Positions 12,877 through 25,801 of a stretch of DNA of 64,000 nt are shown here, one piece after another. The position numbers and the translations under genes are program-made. The notes beneath the pieces are model-generated. The model worked only from the letters and a program-made list of their open reading frames with translations. It searched no databases and had not been told where the DNA came from. Source of the stretch: Raja brachyura (Eukaryota); assembly GCA_963514005.1 (NCBI GenBank), contig OY740821.1, positions 12,462,001 to 12,526,000 of the forward strand, read 5' to 3'. How positions within the stretch are numbered: position 1 is the first letter of the stretch; every line of letters starts with the position of its first letter.

Positions 12877-13954
12877 GTGAGGGCTTGGCAACAGTAATTG
12901 CTAATTGTGAATATATTTCAATTCTGGATATTGACATGAATAGTGAAAGATCAACATTTGTAAAATGTTAGAATGCTGTGTTAATATTTTGGTTTTGGGC
13001 CTCCTTTTGAAATAACTGACTAACAGTTCAATGTCAACTCAGTGTTGTTCCATTCAGTGATCACATTCAGTATAAATTAATGGTAAGCAAGTGGACTGCA
13101 TTTCAGAACCTTTTGGACTGGTTATTTCCCAAGATGTTCATTTAGAACAAAACCTAAAAAATGACGCATCTAAAACAGACAATTACTATTTTGACTTTCT
13201 AATTATCAATTAAATGTACTTACCAGCAGTCTCATCAATTAATACTGTCTTATCAATAATCTATTTATTGTTCTGTTGCCACAACTATGTGGCTCCAGAT
13301 GTGAATACAATAGCTTGAATACTGAACGAGAGTTTAGGCTAGCTGGCCGTGTATGAAGGCAGTATTTTAGTTTTAGCAAAACTGGATTAAAGCGAAAATG
13401 ATCCAACACTTTCGATTTGCAGGGAGATATTTTGATTGTCAGAAGCCAATTGCTGTCCTCGGAGCAATTTCTGCTGGTATTTCATAGGGAAATGTTCTGG
13501 GCTTAATCATCATCGATGATTTTCCCTTCTTATAAATTTATGAGTGGGACTCTTCACTGATGAGAGCAGTTCATATGATTATGAAGCCCTTGTGCATTTG
13601 CAGATAACATTCCCATCATCCATAAGATTCCATAAAATTGTAGTTTGATTGGAAAAAGCAATATTGATTATTTACTTGCACATGTACCGCCACAACAGCA
13701 CTAGAAAAGCTCAGCATCACCTATTTTGGAATAGTTCACCTGATTGGTGCCACTTTTATGGGACTTGATATATTGCTTCAAAGCAAAGAACCGCAGGTGC
13801 TGGATATCTAAAATAAAAACACAGAATACAAGAAATATTCAGCAGATCAAGGACCTTCTGGGGAGAGAGAAACAGAATAAACATGTCAAGTTGATAATCT
13901 TTCATAAGCTTGAATGATAAATACAACCATGGTATCTTCTAAGCATATTAAATG

Positions 13955-14108
13955 CAATGTCCTCCATAATGTTTGGGACAAAGACCCATCATTTAATTAT
14001 CTGCCTCTGTACTCCACAATTTGAGATATGTGATAGAAAACAGATCACATGTGGGTAAAGTGCACATTGTCAGATTTTATTAAAGGCCATTTTTATACAT
14101 TTTGGTTG
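13955..14108 (+). mobile_element. Solo Tc1 terminal inverted repeat fragment (left-end orientation)
   Basis: CAATGTCCTCCATAATGTTTGGGACAAAGACCCATC... matches the TIR of element 42811-45052. Confidence 0.88.
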
Positions 14109-14385
14109 TAGCAGCGTCGCAGCAACAGAGCTTCACCGTGCCAGAGACCTGGATTGGATCCTGACCCCGGGTGCTGTCTGTGTGGAGTTTGTATATTCTC
14201 CCTGTGACCGCGTGGGTTTTCTCCGGGTGCTCCAGTTTCTTCCCACATTCCAAAGACATGCAAGCTTGTAGGTTAATTGGCTTCTATCAATTGCCCCTTG
14301 TTAGTAGAACATAGAACTAGTGTACGGGTGATCGATGGCCGGTGTGGGCTGTAGGCCTGTTTCAACGCTGTATCTCTAAACTAAG
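14109..14385 (+). mobile_element. V-SINE (HE1-like)
   Basis: V-domain TGTGTGGAGTTTG..TTCTCCCTGTGACCGCGTGGGTTTTCTCCGGGTGCTCC..CCCACATTCCAAAGAC followed by a CR1-like tail. Confidence 0.85.
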
Positions 14386-14411
14386 CTACCGTTTTCATTT
14401 AATTTTGGCAG

Positions 14412-14510
14412 TTCCTGATGCAAAGACAATCCAAGGCCCCATCGAACGTAATGGAGATCCAATTCCAGATGACCCACCTAAACCTGAAGAGACTCAGCCA
14501 GATGGAATAG
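14412..14510 (+). CDS. KMT2D: KMT2D exon (ex24 equivalent): (V)PDAKTIQGPIERNGDPIPDDPPKPEETQPDGI
   Basis: tggcag|TT...G|gtaagt; 99 nt, phase 1-1; poorly conserved linker supported by splice sites and phase. Confidence 0.8.
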   Translation, partial: FLMQRQSKAPSNVMEIQFQMTHLNLKRLSQME

Positions 14511-16302
14511 GTAAGTCAAAATGTTGAGAAAATGTTTGATTTCGTAGTTGTATTTAATTGTTCTTTGTGTAGACTATCTAAACAGAATGCTCTTGCAGCT
14601 CTATTTTCCTCATGTTTGGGTTTAGGTAGCACTTTGTAGTAAAGCCTGAACCAGGTTGTCTTCCGATAAGATTTCAAGATTATAAATACAAGAACAAGTG
14701 TACAGTATAAAAGCTTTTGAATTAAATTCAAAATTAAATAAATGATCAATTGATTTAACAATTGTAATTATGATAAACTGTTGAACTGTAACAATGTGTC
14801 ACAGAACCCTTCCAGAATGTGCAGATTTCTGCCAATATTTGTCTTGTTAAATGTTCTAAACTTGGGGTAGTGGGATGTGTCCTTTGGGAAGTGCATGTAA
14901 CGCACATTGGTCAAATAGAAACCCTACAGATGGTTGGATAGTTTCTGTGGATCATAAGGCACTAGCAGACCAGGGAAATGTAGATACATTTTCAGTCCTG
15001 TTCATGGGAACCTCAACTACAACCTCGTGACGTCGGTGCAGAAGCACAATATTGAAGCAGTTTGAAAAGAGCTTTGTTATGCCTTCACCATGCTATTTTT
15101 TTTCTATGGCACTGCATGTTGTCGATAATAGGATGTCTGAAATAAACCAATTTAATTCCACAGCACTACCATTACTTGCAGCGATCACTTAAATCACGAA
15201 GGCATCACTTAAATCTACTACTTTTCCATTGTAACTATATGTCTGGTTTGGTTTCACATTTTGATTGCACTCTACGGTGACTTTTTAATTGAGTCTTCAC
15301 TTTTAGTTTCCATACAAGGCGCTTATTGTGTGAGTTTACTGTATGACCAATTCACGGGCACATTCCAAAATTGGTGGCACTGTTCACAGCGTTACCCGTT
15401 TTGGAGGGGGGTAATAATGGTCTTCTTGCTTGCTTTCTGCTACCTCTAGCATTATAACCACCGATTGCTTTTAAAAAAAAAAAAAAGTTATTTACTTAGT
15501 GTTCCCACAAATTAGTTAAAAGATCATCTGTATTTTCACTATTCTAAAATTGTAAAACTGCAGAAAATGAGTTTGAGGGACGTCAGATTTGTTGTTGTAG
15601 ATCAGGTGTTTGGACTTTGAGATGGAGAATGCAAGTCCAGTTATGGAAGAGTCTGGGAGGAGGAGATGCTACTGGAGACTGTGGTAATAGTGTTTGGACT
15701 GATTTCCTCAATGTGCTTATGTGTGACCCGGCACCTATTTCTACTCAATGATCCCAGGTTCATCATTCTTGATATTGAGTATATATGTCCCTCTTCAGCA
15801 TTCCCTGCCCTTTAACCTGCAGTGCATTCATTGAGCATTCAACAGAAATACTGAGAAGGGTGGAAGTGTTGGGAGTTGAGTTCTAAAGTGGAAGAGATGA
15901 GGTGAGGGACAGAGGAAGGCAAGGCTCAGGGAGTTGAGGAATGTGATGCGCCTTTAGGAAACACCTACATTCCCATTTTTAAAAGCACGTTGTCCATGTA
16001 GTATTCACTAACTTGCTGCTTCCTATACTATTCTCCTTCCCTTGGAGGTATAGTTTTGCTTGTGAGGCCTAAAATCCATTTTATGGCCTGGTTTGATTTT
16101 GAAGCCTATGCTTGGGCTCTGGAAATGAGTTGCCTGCTGACTCCTGCAACATCTGTTGCCATTCCACATTCACACTGAGGGCAGACTCGCCATGTGTATA
16201 TTTGCTTATCCTTTGTTTCTGGTACATTTGGTCTGATCAAAGTGCTTTTTAATCTCAAATTATTTCTTCCCATAAAACAAACCCATCACAATGATGACCT
16301 TT

Positions 16303-16663
16303 CATAGAAACATAGAAATTAGGTGCAGGAGTAGGCCATTCGGCCCTTCGAGCCTGCACCGCCATTCAATATGATCATGGCTGATCATCCAACTCGGTAT
16401 CCCGTACCTGCCTTCTCTCCATACCCTCTGATCCCCTTAGCCACAAGGGCCACATCTAACTCCCTCTTAAATATAGCCAATGAACTGGCCTCAACTACCC
16501 TCTGTGGCAGAGAGTTCCAGAGACCCACCACTCTCTGTGTGAAAAAAGTCCTTATCATCTCAGTCCTAAAGGATTTCCCCCTTATCCTTAAGCTGTGACC
16601 CCTTGTCCTGGACCTCCCCAACATCGGAAACAATCTTCCTGCATCTAGCCTGTCCAACCCCTT
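16303..16663 (-). mobile_element. Young CR1 LINE, 5'-truncated
   Basis: Minus ORF RTRGHSLRIRGKSFRTE..FFTQRVVGLWNSLP; (CATAGAAA)n tail; near-identical to the copy at 43000. Confidence 0.93.
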
Positions 16664-17029
16664 TCATTCTGCAAAGCTTGTAAATGCACTGAGATCAGCC
16701 TTGTAGCCTTGAACAGGTGCCAAGGATATTTTGTTTTTCTTATATTTGATATTTATGTTAACGATGATGGAGTTAGTGATTAGATGAATAACAAAACATG
16801 AAAGGAATATCAAGATATTTTAAATAAATATGTTAGGTGGAGATTTTGTGAGTACTGAACAGAGTCTGAATTCTGTTATCAATATAGAAGAAATAAAAAT
16901 GCCCATCATGTGTTTCATGCTAGCTTACACAGTCAAGCTTTCCAAGAGTTTGTTGGTCTTTCTTTGGAGATGTACTTAGAACTTCTGTTAATTGCCTTTC
17001 ACCAGCCTTTATTCTAGTGTATTGAATGT

Positions 17030-17335
17030 GGACATGGATAGAATATTTCCTCGTGGCAAAAATTGGAGAACTGTACGCTGTTTAATAATGAGTGGTTTCA
17101 AAATTATTATAATTTTTTTTAATTGAATGCAGAGATTTGGTTTGAGGACCGTGAACCTTTGAAATGCTCTTCCACCAGGGGCAGAGACACAGAATATTTG
17201 AACATTTTGAAGGTAGAGATAGATTCTTGACAAGCAAGGTGCTGAGATGTAACTGAAGGTGGATGGGAATGTGGAGTCGAGTTGCCAGTCAGCCTAGCCA
17301 TGATCTTATAAAAGGATAGAGCAGGCTCAAGGGTT
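17030..17335 (+). mobile_element. Degenerate CR1 3' fragment
   Basis: GTGGACATGGATAGAATATTTCCTC...AAGGTAGAGATAGATTCTTG...GAGCAGGCTCAAGGG. Confidence 0.6.
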
Positions 17336-19264
17336 TCTTTTTCTGAAAATAAAAGTCAGGCATTTTATCCATTAATTTTCTGGTCTAGGTGGAGTTAATA
17401 CTTTGAGGCAGCCTTAAATGCCCCTTGGTTAACTGGAGGAACGTAGAAGCTACGCATTGTATGTTTTGGATTGTATGGCTTGGACCATTTGCTACAGGTT
17501 GTACAAGAGGGAATTGGCTTTGAAAAAAACAGGCCACTAAGTTTGTTCTATCTTGGCACGTGGCCATTAGAAATGTCTGTGAGTGTTTGAAGCTGGACCA
17601 CAGCAAAGTGGCAAATATATATTTTATGAGATAGAAATCCAGTAACTAGTATGAATTCCTACATTTAATCTATATTATGAAGCATTTTAAATATAGTTAT
17701 ACATTTTGAGAAAATAGAAATGAGGATCTAATCTAGTTTTATGCAATTTTCTAATTTTCCCAGAGCAATTAAAATTATAACAAATGCAAAATACTGAAAT
17801 CACTCAGCAGGTCAGGCTGCCTCTTGGGGCAAATAATAGTCCGTGTTTTGAGTCGAAAAATTGTCGGAACTGGGGAAAAGAGAAAACGATAAATTGCAGA
17901 AAGAATGGAAGGTGTAAATGGATGAAAAAAGAGATCATCTCTTGTGTGATCATGGTGTAGATAAACTGTAAATTAAGTGAACCCGTTGAGACTTTAATGA
18001 GGGTTTGAGAGAGAGAGAGATAATAACAAAGGAATGCAAGAGCTGCAAAAATGTAAAGCTGGAAGAAATGCCCAGTGGGTTAACCAGTGTTATGCAGAGA
18101 GAAAGTCTGGGTTAATGTTACAGATGGACCTACAACAGAAGTGAACAGTTCTAACGCAAACCGAGGAAGTGAGTTTCCTGAAGTTGTACAATCTGATATT
18201 GAGTCAAGATGGCTGCAACATGGCCAGATGAAAGATGTGTTGTACTCAAGCTTATGATGCGCTTTGTTTTGCTAATGCAGGGGGTCAGAGTGGAGTGAAA
18301 AATTGGCATGCCTTTAAAAATTAAGCTTCCTCCAGTGTCTGATTTTCGGAGAGGTTATTTCATTTTAAATCGATGGTCTGGTTTCCAGCATTTAAAAAAA
18401 AAAATCAAGCTCCTTGTTTTCACAATTATTTGTGGCTCGCAGAAACGAGCTAGGGGACTATGTCTTCTTGCTTACTCTTTGGTATCATTCTACTTTGTTG
18501 AAATGGTGTGGGTACCTATGGAAAGACAGGGCATAATGAAACATCCTCATTGCCATTGTTGAAAATTAACAAGACAATTGCATTTATAATTATGTCTTAG
18601 AATATATCACTCCTGGGCAATAGTTTAAGGGCAGTGGTTGAAACAGTTATGCTGCTTTTTAATATTGTGCATTAATATTTTTCTTCTGCAGTCTTTTAAT
18701 CTTGCTTTAAAGTCACTTTATTTGCGATGTTTCTATTTCCAACTCGTTAAAACTTAAGTTGATTACTATTGACCCGTTTCCAGGAAGAACATTCCCTGAA
18801 TTGGGCTATAGCCACAGTTATCGTCATCCAACTTTCTATCAATTTGATTGTAGAGGTTGGACTACTATTTGCACTGCTAATACAGCAGCTTGGATATCCA
18901 CTTATGGGCTTTGTAAATGTGCACTCAGCTGATGATTTGACTGTAAATGTCAGACCAGGACCCATTTGCTCATGTCTATTTATTTATGAGTATATTAGTC
19001 TGTTTGCAGTTTGGTTAACTACACTGACTACAGTTATTCCTAGAATGTAAGTTTTTTGGCTAACATACTGATAACGGTAGAGACCCTGGAATGCTCCGTA
19101 GCACCTTGATGTTTGTCATGAAACTTGTTTGGTCTGTGCACAGTGAATGGGCTGTGTCGTTGCACAGGGATGGTTGTGGACTCTTGGTTGGAAAGAGTAA
19201 ATGGCTTTTTCTTGCTACTGTTCATTTTTACCCTTTTGTTTTTATTGTACTTTTGGGTTTTTAG

Positions 19265-19312
19265 GTTTCGATCTCAGTCCTTTCCACGCAGACAGCTCCC
19301 TCTCTCCCTTTG
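19265..19312 (+). CDS. Candidate extra 48-nt cassette exon of KMT2D: (G)FDLSPFHADSSLSPF
   Basis: Long pyrimidine tract, tttag|GT...G|gtaagc; phase 1-1, stop-free, inside a phase-1 intron. Confidence 0.55.
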
Positions 19313-20299
19313 GTAAGCAGTCAGACCCTCTCGCCACTATTTGCGTGTTCACGTGTTAACATCAGTAGTTTGTACCTGGGTGCTTGTATGTCTGCTTGCA
19401 TTTTCATAGAGGATATTTGCGTGACATCACCAGTCTATTCGGCGAGTGACTGGTCAAATGCTAAAAAAATATTTTTTAGCAATTGTGAACGTAATTTTTT
19501 TTTTGTTTGCTTTCCTGCCTTAAATCTTCTGAAATTTTGTCTGTAAAATGCATGTCAAAGTCAGTTTGCATTCACAAAATATCTCAGAAGTAACAATTGT
19601 GAACATAGATTGTCCTGCGTCATAGTTCATACTTAATCAAATATTTGTATGGCTGTAAAGGTGTAGTGAGTTGAATATAAAAACTGTTTTCAGGCATGGG
19701 AGTCGTTTGGCAATTATTGGTAGACTGAGCATGCACAAGTTTGTCACTGATTATTGGTGCAAATTTCATTCATTGTATTAAATGTGCAAACAATGATTTT
19801 TTTTTGCACCATGGCGTTTATTTATCAGCTGATTTGGCAGTTTGTTCAAAGCTTTTTCAGTCTCCTGTATATAAGTATAAAAATGTTATGATGGTTCTCC
19901 AAGTTGATAATCACACAAAATAGAGTGATCGTTAAATATCCAAAATGTGAAGCTTTGCCTGTGGTGAACTGGCTGATTTCAAAAGGGTTGCAGTTGTGGT
20001 GTTCCATTCCTCTCACAGCTGATCACCACCGATCAACCCTACCGCCTGTGTGCTGTGTGAATTTTGGGCAAGTTCACCATTGGACTTGGCTGTGATGTGC
20101 TTTAATATTAATGGGCTGCAGAGCTTGATTGGGTAATGGCCACTCAAAATGGATTAAAGTTGTCAGCACCGTTTTGACTTTGTCAGGGAGGGTCAGGTGG
20201 ATTCAGCAGAGGAGGTTTGGGAGCTTTTTTTTTTATATAAGGGGGGTATAAATTGTGATCAGCACTATTAGCACAGAGTGAAGTACAGTAACCTCCATA

Positions 20300-20457
20300 A
20301 TGGTAAAACCAAAATGTGTAAAAATGGCCTTTAGTAAAATCTGACAATGTGCGCTTTAACCACATGACCTTTTTTCTATTACAAACCTCAAATTGTGGAG
20401 TACAGAGGCAAATAAATAAATGATGGGTCTTTGTCCCAAACATTATGGAGGGCATTG
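20300..20457 (-). mobile_element. Solo Tc1 terminal inverted repeat fragment (right-end orientation, followed by TA)
   Basis: ...GATGGGTCTTTGTCCCAAACATTATGGAGGGCATTG|TA. Confidence 0.88.
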
Positions 20458-20521
20458 TATGTTGCCAGATTTCAGATTTGATACTATTGCATCCAAGCTA
20501 ATCAATGTACAAGCAGTTGAT

Positions 20522-20751
20522 GTGTAGGAAAGAACTGCAGATGCTGGTTTAAATCGAAGGTAGATCACAAAATGCTGGAGTAACTCAGCGGCACAGGCAA
20601 CATCTCTGGAGAGAAGGGATGGGTGACGTTTCGGGTCAAGATCTTTCTACAGACAAAGAAGATGAAGGGTCTCGATCCAAAACGTCATCCATTCCTTCTC
20701 TCCAGAGATGCTGCCTGTCCCGCTGAGTTTCTCGAGCATTTTGTGATCTAC
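20522..20751. mobile_element. Penelope-derived palindromic (fold-back) element, ~90-bp arms (20560-20751)
   Basis: GTAGATCACAAAATGCTGGAGTAACTCAGCGG... versus ...CCGCTGAGTTTCTCGAGCATTTTGTGATCTAC; arms match the terminus of the Penelope fragment at 27437-27533. Confidence 0.8.
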
Positions 20752-21277
20752 AAGCATTTGAGTTCACTGTTTGAGATTGTTGGCAAATGCCATTTTATTT
20801 TGCTGCCTGTCTGGTAAAGAGTTGAACATTGAGATTACAAGAAATTATACTTATTGATGGCGTTTTATTAAATGTGTTGACTGGTGTCCTGTGAATGTCC
20901 TGAAGACATGGTGGCACAACATCTATCTTCCATTCAATTCTTTATAATTTAGTCAGTGGAGATTCACTTTATTGCCTGATTTCTTTTAGGCATTGGTATC
21001 CATCAGAATAGCTTGCAAATTATTTTGCAATTCATGTGAAGATGAGCAAATCCAGCCTACATGAAGATAATATGTTCCACTGGGATACCAGTATCGAATG
21101 GGAAAAACTTTTAGGAAATTAAAATTTATCAGTAACCAAACTGAATTATAATGAAAGAAGTACTTGCACAAGGAATGGGTCTGTTATGTTATCTGTTATC
21201 ATTAGTATTTATACTGAGAGTTTTTTCCCCAAAAGCAGTTTTTAATAACTAGTAGCTTGAAAATATAATGGGGCCAT

Positions 21278-21387
21278 TGGTTTAAACTGAAGATAGACAC
21301 AAAAAGCCGGAGTAACTCAGCGGGACAGGCAACATCTCTGGAGAGAAGGATTTGGTGACTTTTCGAGTCGAGACCCATCCTCAGACC
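21278..21387 (-). mobile_element. Penelope terminal-repeat half copy
   Basis: Same sequence as the left arm of 20522-20751; flanked by CCATTGGTTT direct repeats. Confidence 0.75.
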
Positions 21388-22144
21388 CATTGGTTTGATT
21401 GTTAATCTAGCCATCTTGCGTTTATCAGGACAAACTTGTTTTTTGTAGCTGGGCAATTCAATAGGAAATAGTTCATGAACGTTTTGTTTGTTTTGTTGTA
21501 TTCTGTACAGTAGTGTGAAAACCTCCAGCTATGATCCAGAACCTGGTCTGAGATTTAAGCTGAAAGTTGTATAAAAATGGAAAAGTCTAAGGAGGGAAAT
21601 AATTTGAGAACTATTCAAAATGTTTAAGGTCGTTTTTTTCCTTGTTTTACTTGCTGAGCTTTTTAACGTATGTCTCAAACTGACTACTTTCATTTGTACA
21701 TTTTTCCTTTGGGTGGCAGATTGTTTTTTGGTTTCAAATCAAGAGTCATGTATGTATAGTTTTTCCACTAAAATTAATGGCGAGACGAATAATGTCGGAC
21801 TTGCATCTGCTTCTACTCTTTATTTAGTAACCAAGGGTAGTTCAATCACAATTATTCCTGATTAGTTACTACCCCAGGAAGTTGTTGAGCAGCGATATTT
21901 CACATATTTGTTCCTGCTTCAGAAATTGATGGCTAATCCAGTATTTAACCGTATGCAGACAAAGCACTTTCCAAATAATGCCACTACCTGGGAATAAGTT
22001 ACACTGGCAAGTGAAAGTTTGTGTCTGCAGACACTGGATTTAATTCAGAATGAAAGTGTTGAGATGTCTTCCTGGGAAATAGCGCACATAGCCTTTGAAA
22101 TGTATTCTTCTTGATATGTATACACCTCTTGTTCCACTCTGAAG

Positions 22145-22500
22145 GAATCATAGAAATTCCAAGGTATCCATGCGAGCCCAAAAAAAAGCTATATGGTCTA
22201 ATTCCACTTCCAACTCTTGGGCTGTAACCATTAACGGCTACAACACAGCACTTATCCAGTAGTACTTAAATGCAATTGAATATTTCTGCTGGTGTCATCT
22301 TTTGAGGGATTGTATTCCAGACCTCCTCTACTTCCAAGGTGAAAAGGTTTTCCTGCTATCATTTCACCAGCTACCAAAAAACCTTTGTCCCCGAGTTACT
22401 GACTTTTTTACTAAGGAAATTGGGTCCGCCTTTGTCTAGGCCTGTCATAATTTTATGCACCTCAATTAAATCCAAACTTCAACTGTTCCAATCTCTCCCC
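22145..22500 (-). mobile_element. Degenerate CR1-like 3' fragment
   Basis: ATCATAGAAAT...TTCCAGACCTCC..GTGAAAAGGTTTTCC...CATAATTTTATGCACCTCAATTAAATC. Confidence 0.5.
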
Positions 22501-23800
22501 ACAACTGAAATTCTCCAGCCCCAGCAAAATCCTTTTGGTTCTTCTCCTGAAACTATGTTAGTGCTAGCACATTGTCCTTCCTTCCTTCCTTCCCCATACC
22601 TTACCTTGTATTTTGTATCTTGGCCAGTAAAGAAAAGTATCTTCTGAGCATTCTTAATCACCACGTTAGCTACTCTGCTGCCTTCAGAAAACAGTGGGCA
22701 TGCTCCTCGAGGTCTTTTTCCATGCCTCTGTATTTACTATTTGTCATGTACTTGTCCAAATGCATTGCCTCAACATTTCTCAGGATTGGCTTTTATCTGG
22801 TGCGTTGCTCATGTTTGTTGCAGTCACCATGCCAAACACTACCCTCTTTCTCTTATGATAACTTACAGTTGATCTGCGCAGATAGGTAATCATTGAGAAG
22901 TTGAACATGATGCCGTTCTTAGCTTTACCAGTTTGAGCAATATGAATGAAATTTAATTCATATTGTATACATTTTTATAGTTTCTTTCTAGCTTTATAAC
23001 GATTTGGAAAATGCAGATTTCTTCTGGAAATCTAAGTTGTGCATGCTTTAATTACTGTTATTGAAATCTCACTAAAATTAGGAAAATTATTTCATAGCAA
23101 ATCCTTAGCTCGTATTTATTTGGGTCTTTTTAGGGTTTGAGGGCACAGGAGCCATTTATACCGCTCCAACTATAAGCAAGCAATAACACACAATCACTGG
23201 TTTGGATAGTTGGTAGACATTGATTTCATCAACTGAGCCACTGAGGGAACTTTAGTTCACTTCCTAAAATGACACTTCAAATTACAAATGCTGATCATTT
23301 TTGAGTTTTGCTCCCTTCGTTCATGGACTGAAGATGACGAAGCCATTAAATTTCAGTGTTGAACATGAAGCAATGATTGTTGTAATATGTTGTGCGCGTA
23401 GTCTGTTTTCCCCAACCATGAGTAAAGAGTCTCGCTGTGTTGTGCTCCACCTTGTATTTTGAGTGGAAATAGGACTGCTAATGAATTTGATTGATAAGCA
23501 GGCCTAAGACTGAAACCTGCCATTATGTTGTTGTGAGTGTTAACAGTATCAGTCATGTCATATTTTGGATTTGTATTTGTTATTATTTGTCTAATTTCCC
23601 ACAAATCAGTAAATGTTTATCTTTTTTTTTAAACTGTTTTTGTTGTTTCCTTTTGGCGGAATTAAAAAAAAAATTCATATTTAACTTTGTATCTGAGGAG
23701 TCGTCCTCTATTTTCCTCCTATTACTGAAATTTAAACTCCATTTTGTTTGTATGCTGCCAAAAATTCCGTTCAGTAACTTATGGTGCTCCTTTCTTTAAG

Positions 23801-23938
23801 CTGGGATTGACGTCTCATCCATTACGGATGAGCTTTCATCCAGTCATCCTGATGAGAGCTCAAAGCGAAACCAAGCTTTTAATGATGCTCCAGTGGAGGG
23901 TGCCCTCAGCTCTGATCTTGACAAGATTGTAACCGAGG
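23801..23938 (+). CDS. KMT2D: KMT2D exon (ex25 equivalent) ending EGALSSDLDKIVTE
   Basis: tttaag|CT...G|gtaggt; 138 nt; matches human EGMLSSDLDRISTE as recalled. Confidence 0.9.
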
Positions 23939-25543
23939 GTAGGTATTAGAATTTGTTTGAAACGGATCCTGGGGTCGATTGGATTGGAATTGCTTTTTGG
24001 GTTTTGTTGAAGTTACATTTTACAAGTTAAGTATGTATAGAGTTACAGACCAATGTTTTCTCTAAAGTTTTAATATTTGTCCATATAACCTTTTAGAATA
24101 CTGAAGTAAAAGATTAAAAGTGACAAATCACCTGGAGTTGGACATTCAAACTGACTGCTTTTCTTTCCCTGACGATTTATCTCTCCCTTTCACTCAACCC
24201 ATCTTGTTTTCCATCATATGAACCCTTGAACTTTTCTAGCACTTGCTTATTCAGGCGAATAACTTGTTTACATATGACGTAACTCTTATGCCAACTGACA
24301 TAAATGGTTTTGTTTCCTCAAATGTTGATTTTGCTTTATTTCAAAAAGACCAAATTTTTAGTTTAAAAAAAAAACAATCTTGACACCCCTGTCCTTGCAA
24401 ACTACTTTTCTATATGCAATTACCCCCTCTAGTCTTTGAAGGTGGTGTTATCTTCCAAATCTGTTTACCATTCCACATTTTAAAATTTGAATATCTCGAA
24501 TCAACACTTTGGCCATAACTGAAGCTGCTAGTGCCAATGATGCGATATAATTTCACTTTCTCCTCGGTTGTATTGAGTGTTTATGGTTTGGCAGAGTCAT
24601 GCTTTCTTCCAGTTAGTGTAGGGAGAACCAAAGTTAATGCCTTTGATTCCAGTCACAGTCTGCGATACCTTATTATTAAAAAAAAATGTTTCAAATCTGT
24701 TCCTGTGCCCGTTCCCAACCTTGGTCTCTGCCTTGATCAGGAAGCATGTAGCTTCCTTCAATAAACCTCTGAAGCTAAGCTTTTTATCTTGTGTTGTCCT
24801 CCACTAAGATGGTTTACTTCTATCTCATCACCTCAGTTGACTCGATTTCTGCTGCAGCCCATCTGCTGTTGGATTTAAGGCATTTGATACATTATTCAGG
24901 TTTACATATCCCTTTGTCATCCTCACTTTCCAAAATAGCATTTCCTTTTGACTTTGCCATTAGTTGTGCTGAAATTCAAACCCCTCTGCGACCAGAAAGC
25001 ACTTATGTTCTTTTAGTATTCATTTCCTTTCAGGGCTTGCCTTAAACCGCATTTTTTACCAACCTCTTTGGTATTTATTTTTATAGTATTTGATGTCAGT
25101 GTTTGCATGGCAACAAATATGTGAAGTGCCTTGGCATGTTTTTCTTTGATAAAAGCGTTCTTGCTCTTGGCACTAAACTTGCCAATGTGATTCTCAGGAA
25201 TTTTTGGTCAGTTTCCCTCGCTCCACTCCCTCTTTCCTCCTACTCTTCGACTTGTTCCACGTAGAATATCGCACCAGGACTCAGTACCAAGATATTATTT
25301 CCAAGCTTTTTTGTTGTAGCATTGTTTTGTCTATGCTAATCACCCAAAGACAGATTGTGAAAGTCTATTTTTGAAAACTAGTTGATTCTTAAAGAATACA
25401 TTGGACCAACGAGGAGTTGGTGACAAAGGATTGTATTCGTTTATATGTTTTTATCTGATTACGTTTCTAGCATGTTGACGTTCAGAATATGTTTAATAAT
25501 TTAATTGATACAGCAGCTTCAATGATACATCTTTCTTCATCAG

Positions 25544-25732
25544 AACTGGCACAAATGGAGAGTAAAGACGTACAGCAGCTCTTCACTGATGTTCTGGGAT
25601 CACAGGGAAATCATCCACTTCCAGAATCAACACTGAGTAGTGTCAAAACAGTTTCTGAAAGTCATCTTCTCACTTCTCATGGGTTAGGCGAACTCATCAG
25701 ACCTTCATTAAGCCAGCAGTCTCTTCTTTCTG
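25544..25732 (+). CDS. KMT2D: KMT2D exon (ex26 equivalent): ELAQMESKDVQQLFTDVLGS...QQSLLS
   Basis: catcag|AA...G|gtaaag; 189 nt. Confidence 0.92.
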
Positions 25733-25801
25733 GTAAAGGAAATACGTTTTTTTTAAACATTGTTAGGTTTTAGCTAGCACGTATTGGACCATTTAATAGA
25801 A

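Noticed and set aside
12891-12900. Alternative donor ACA|gtaatt for the exon starting at 12705
   Set aside because: It gives phase 0, incompatible with the downstream phase-1 exons; G|gtgagg at 12877 fits.
20019-20067. Second candidate small exon with a GC donor
   Set aside because: 49 nt would frameshift, the donor is non-canonical, and there is no supporting homology.
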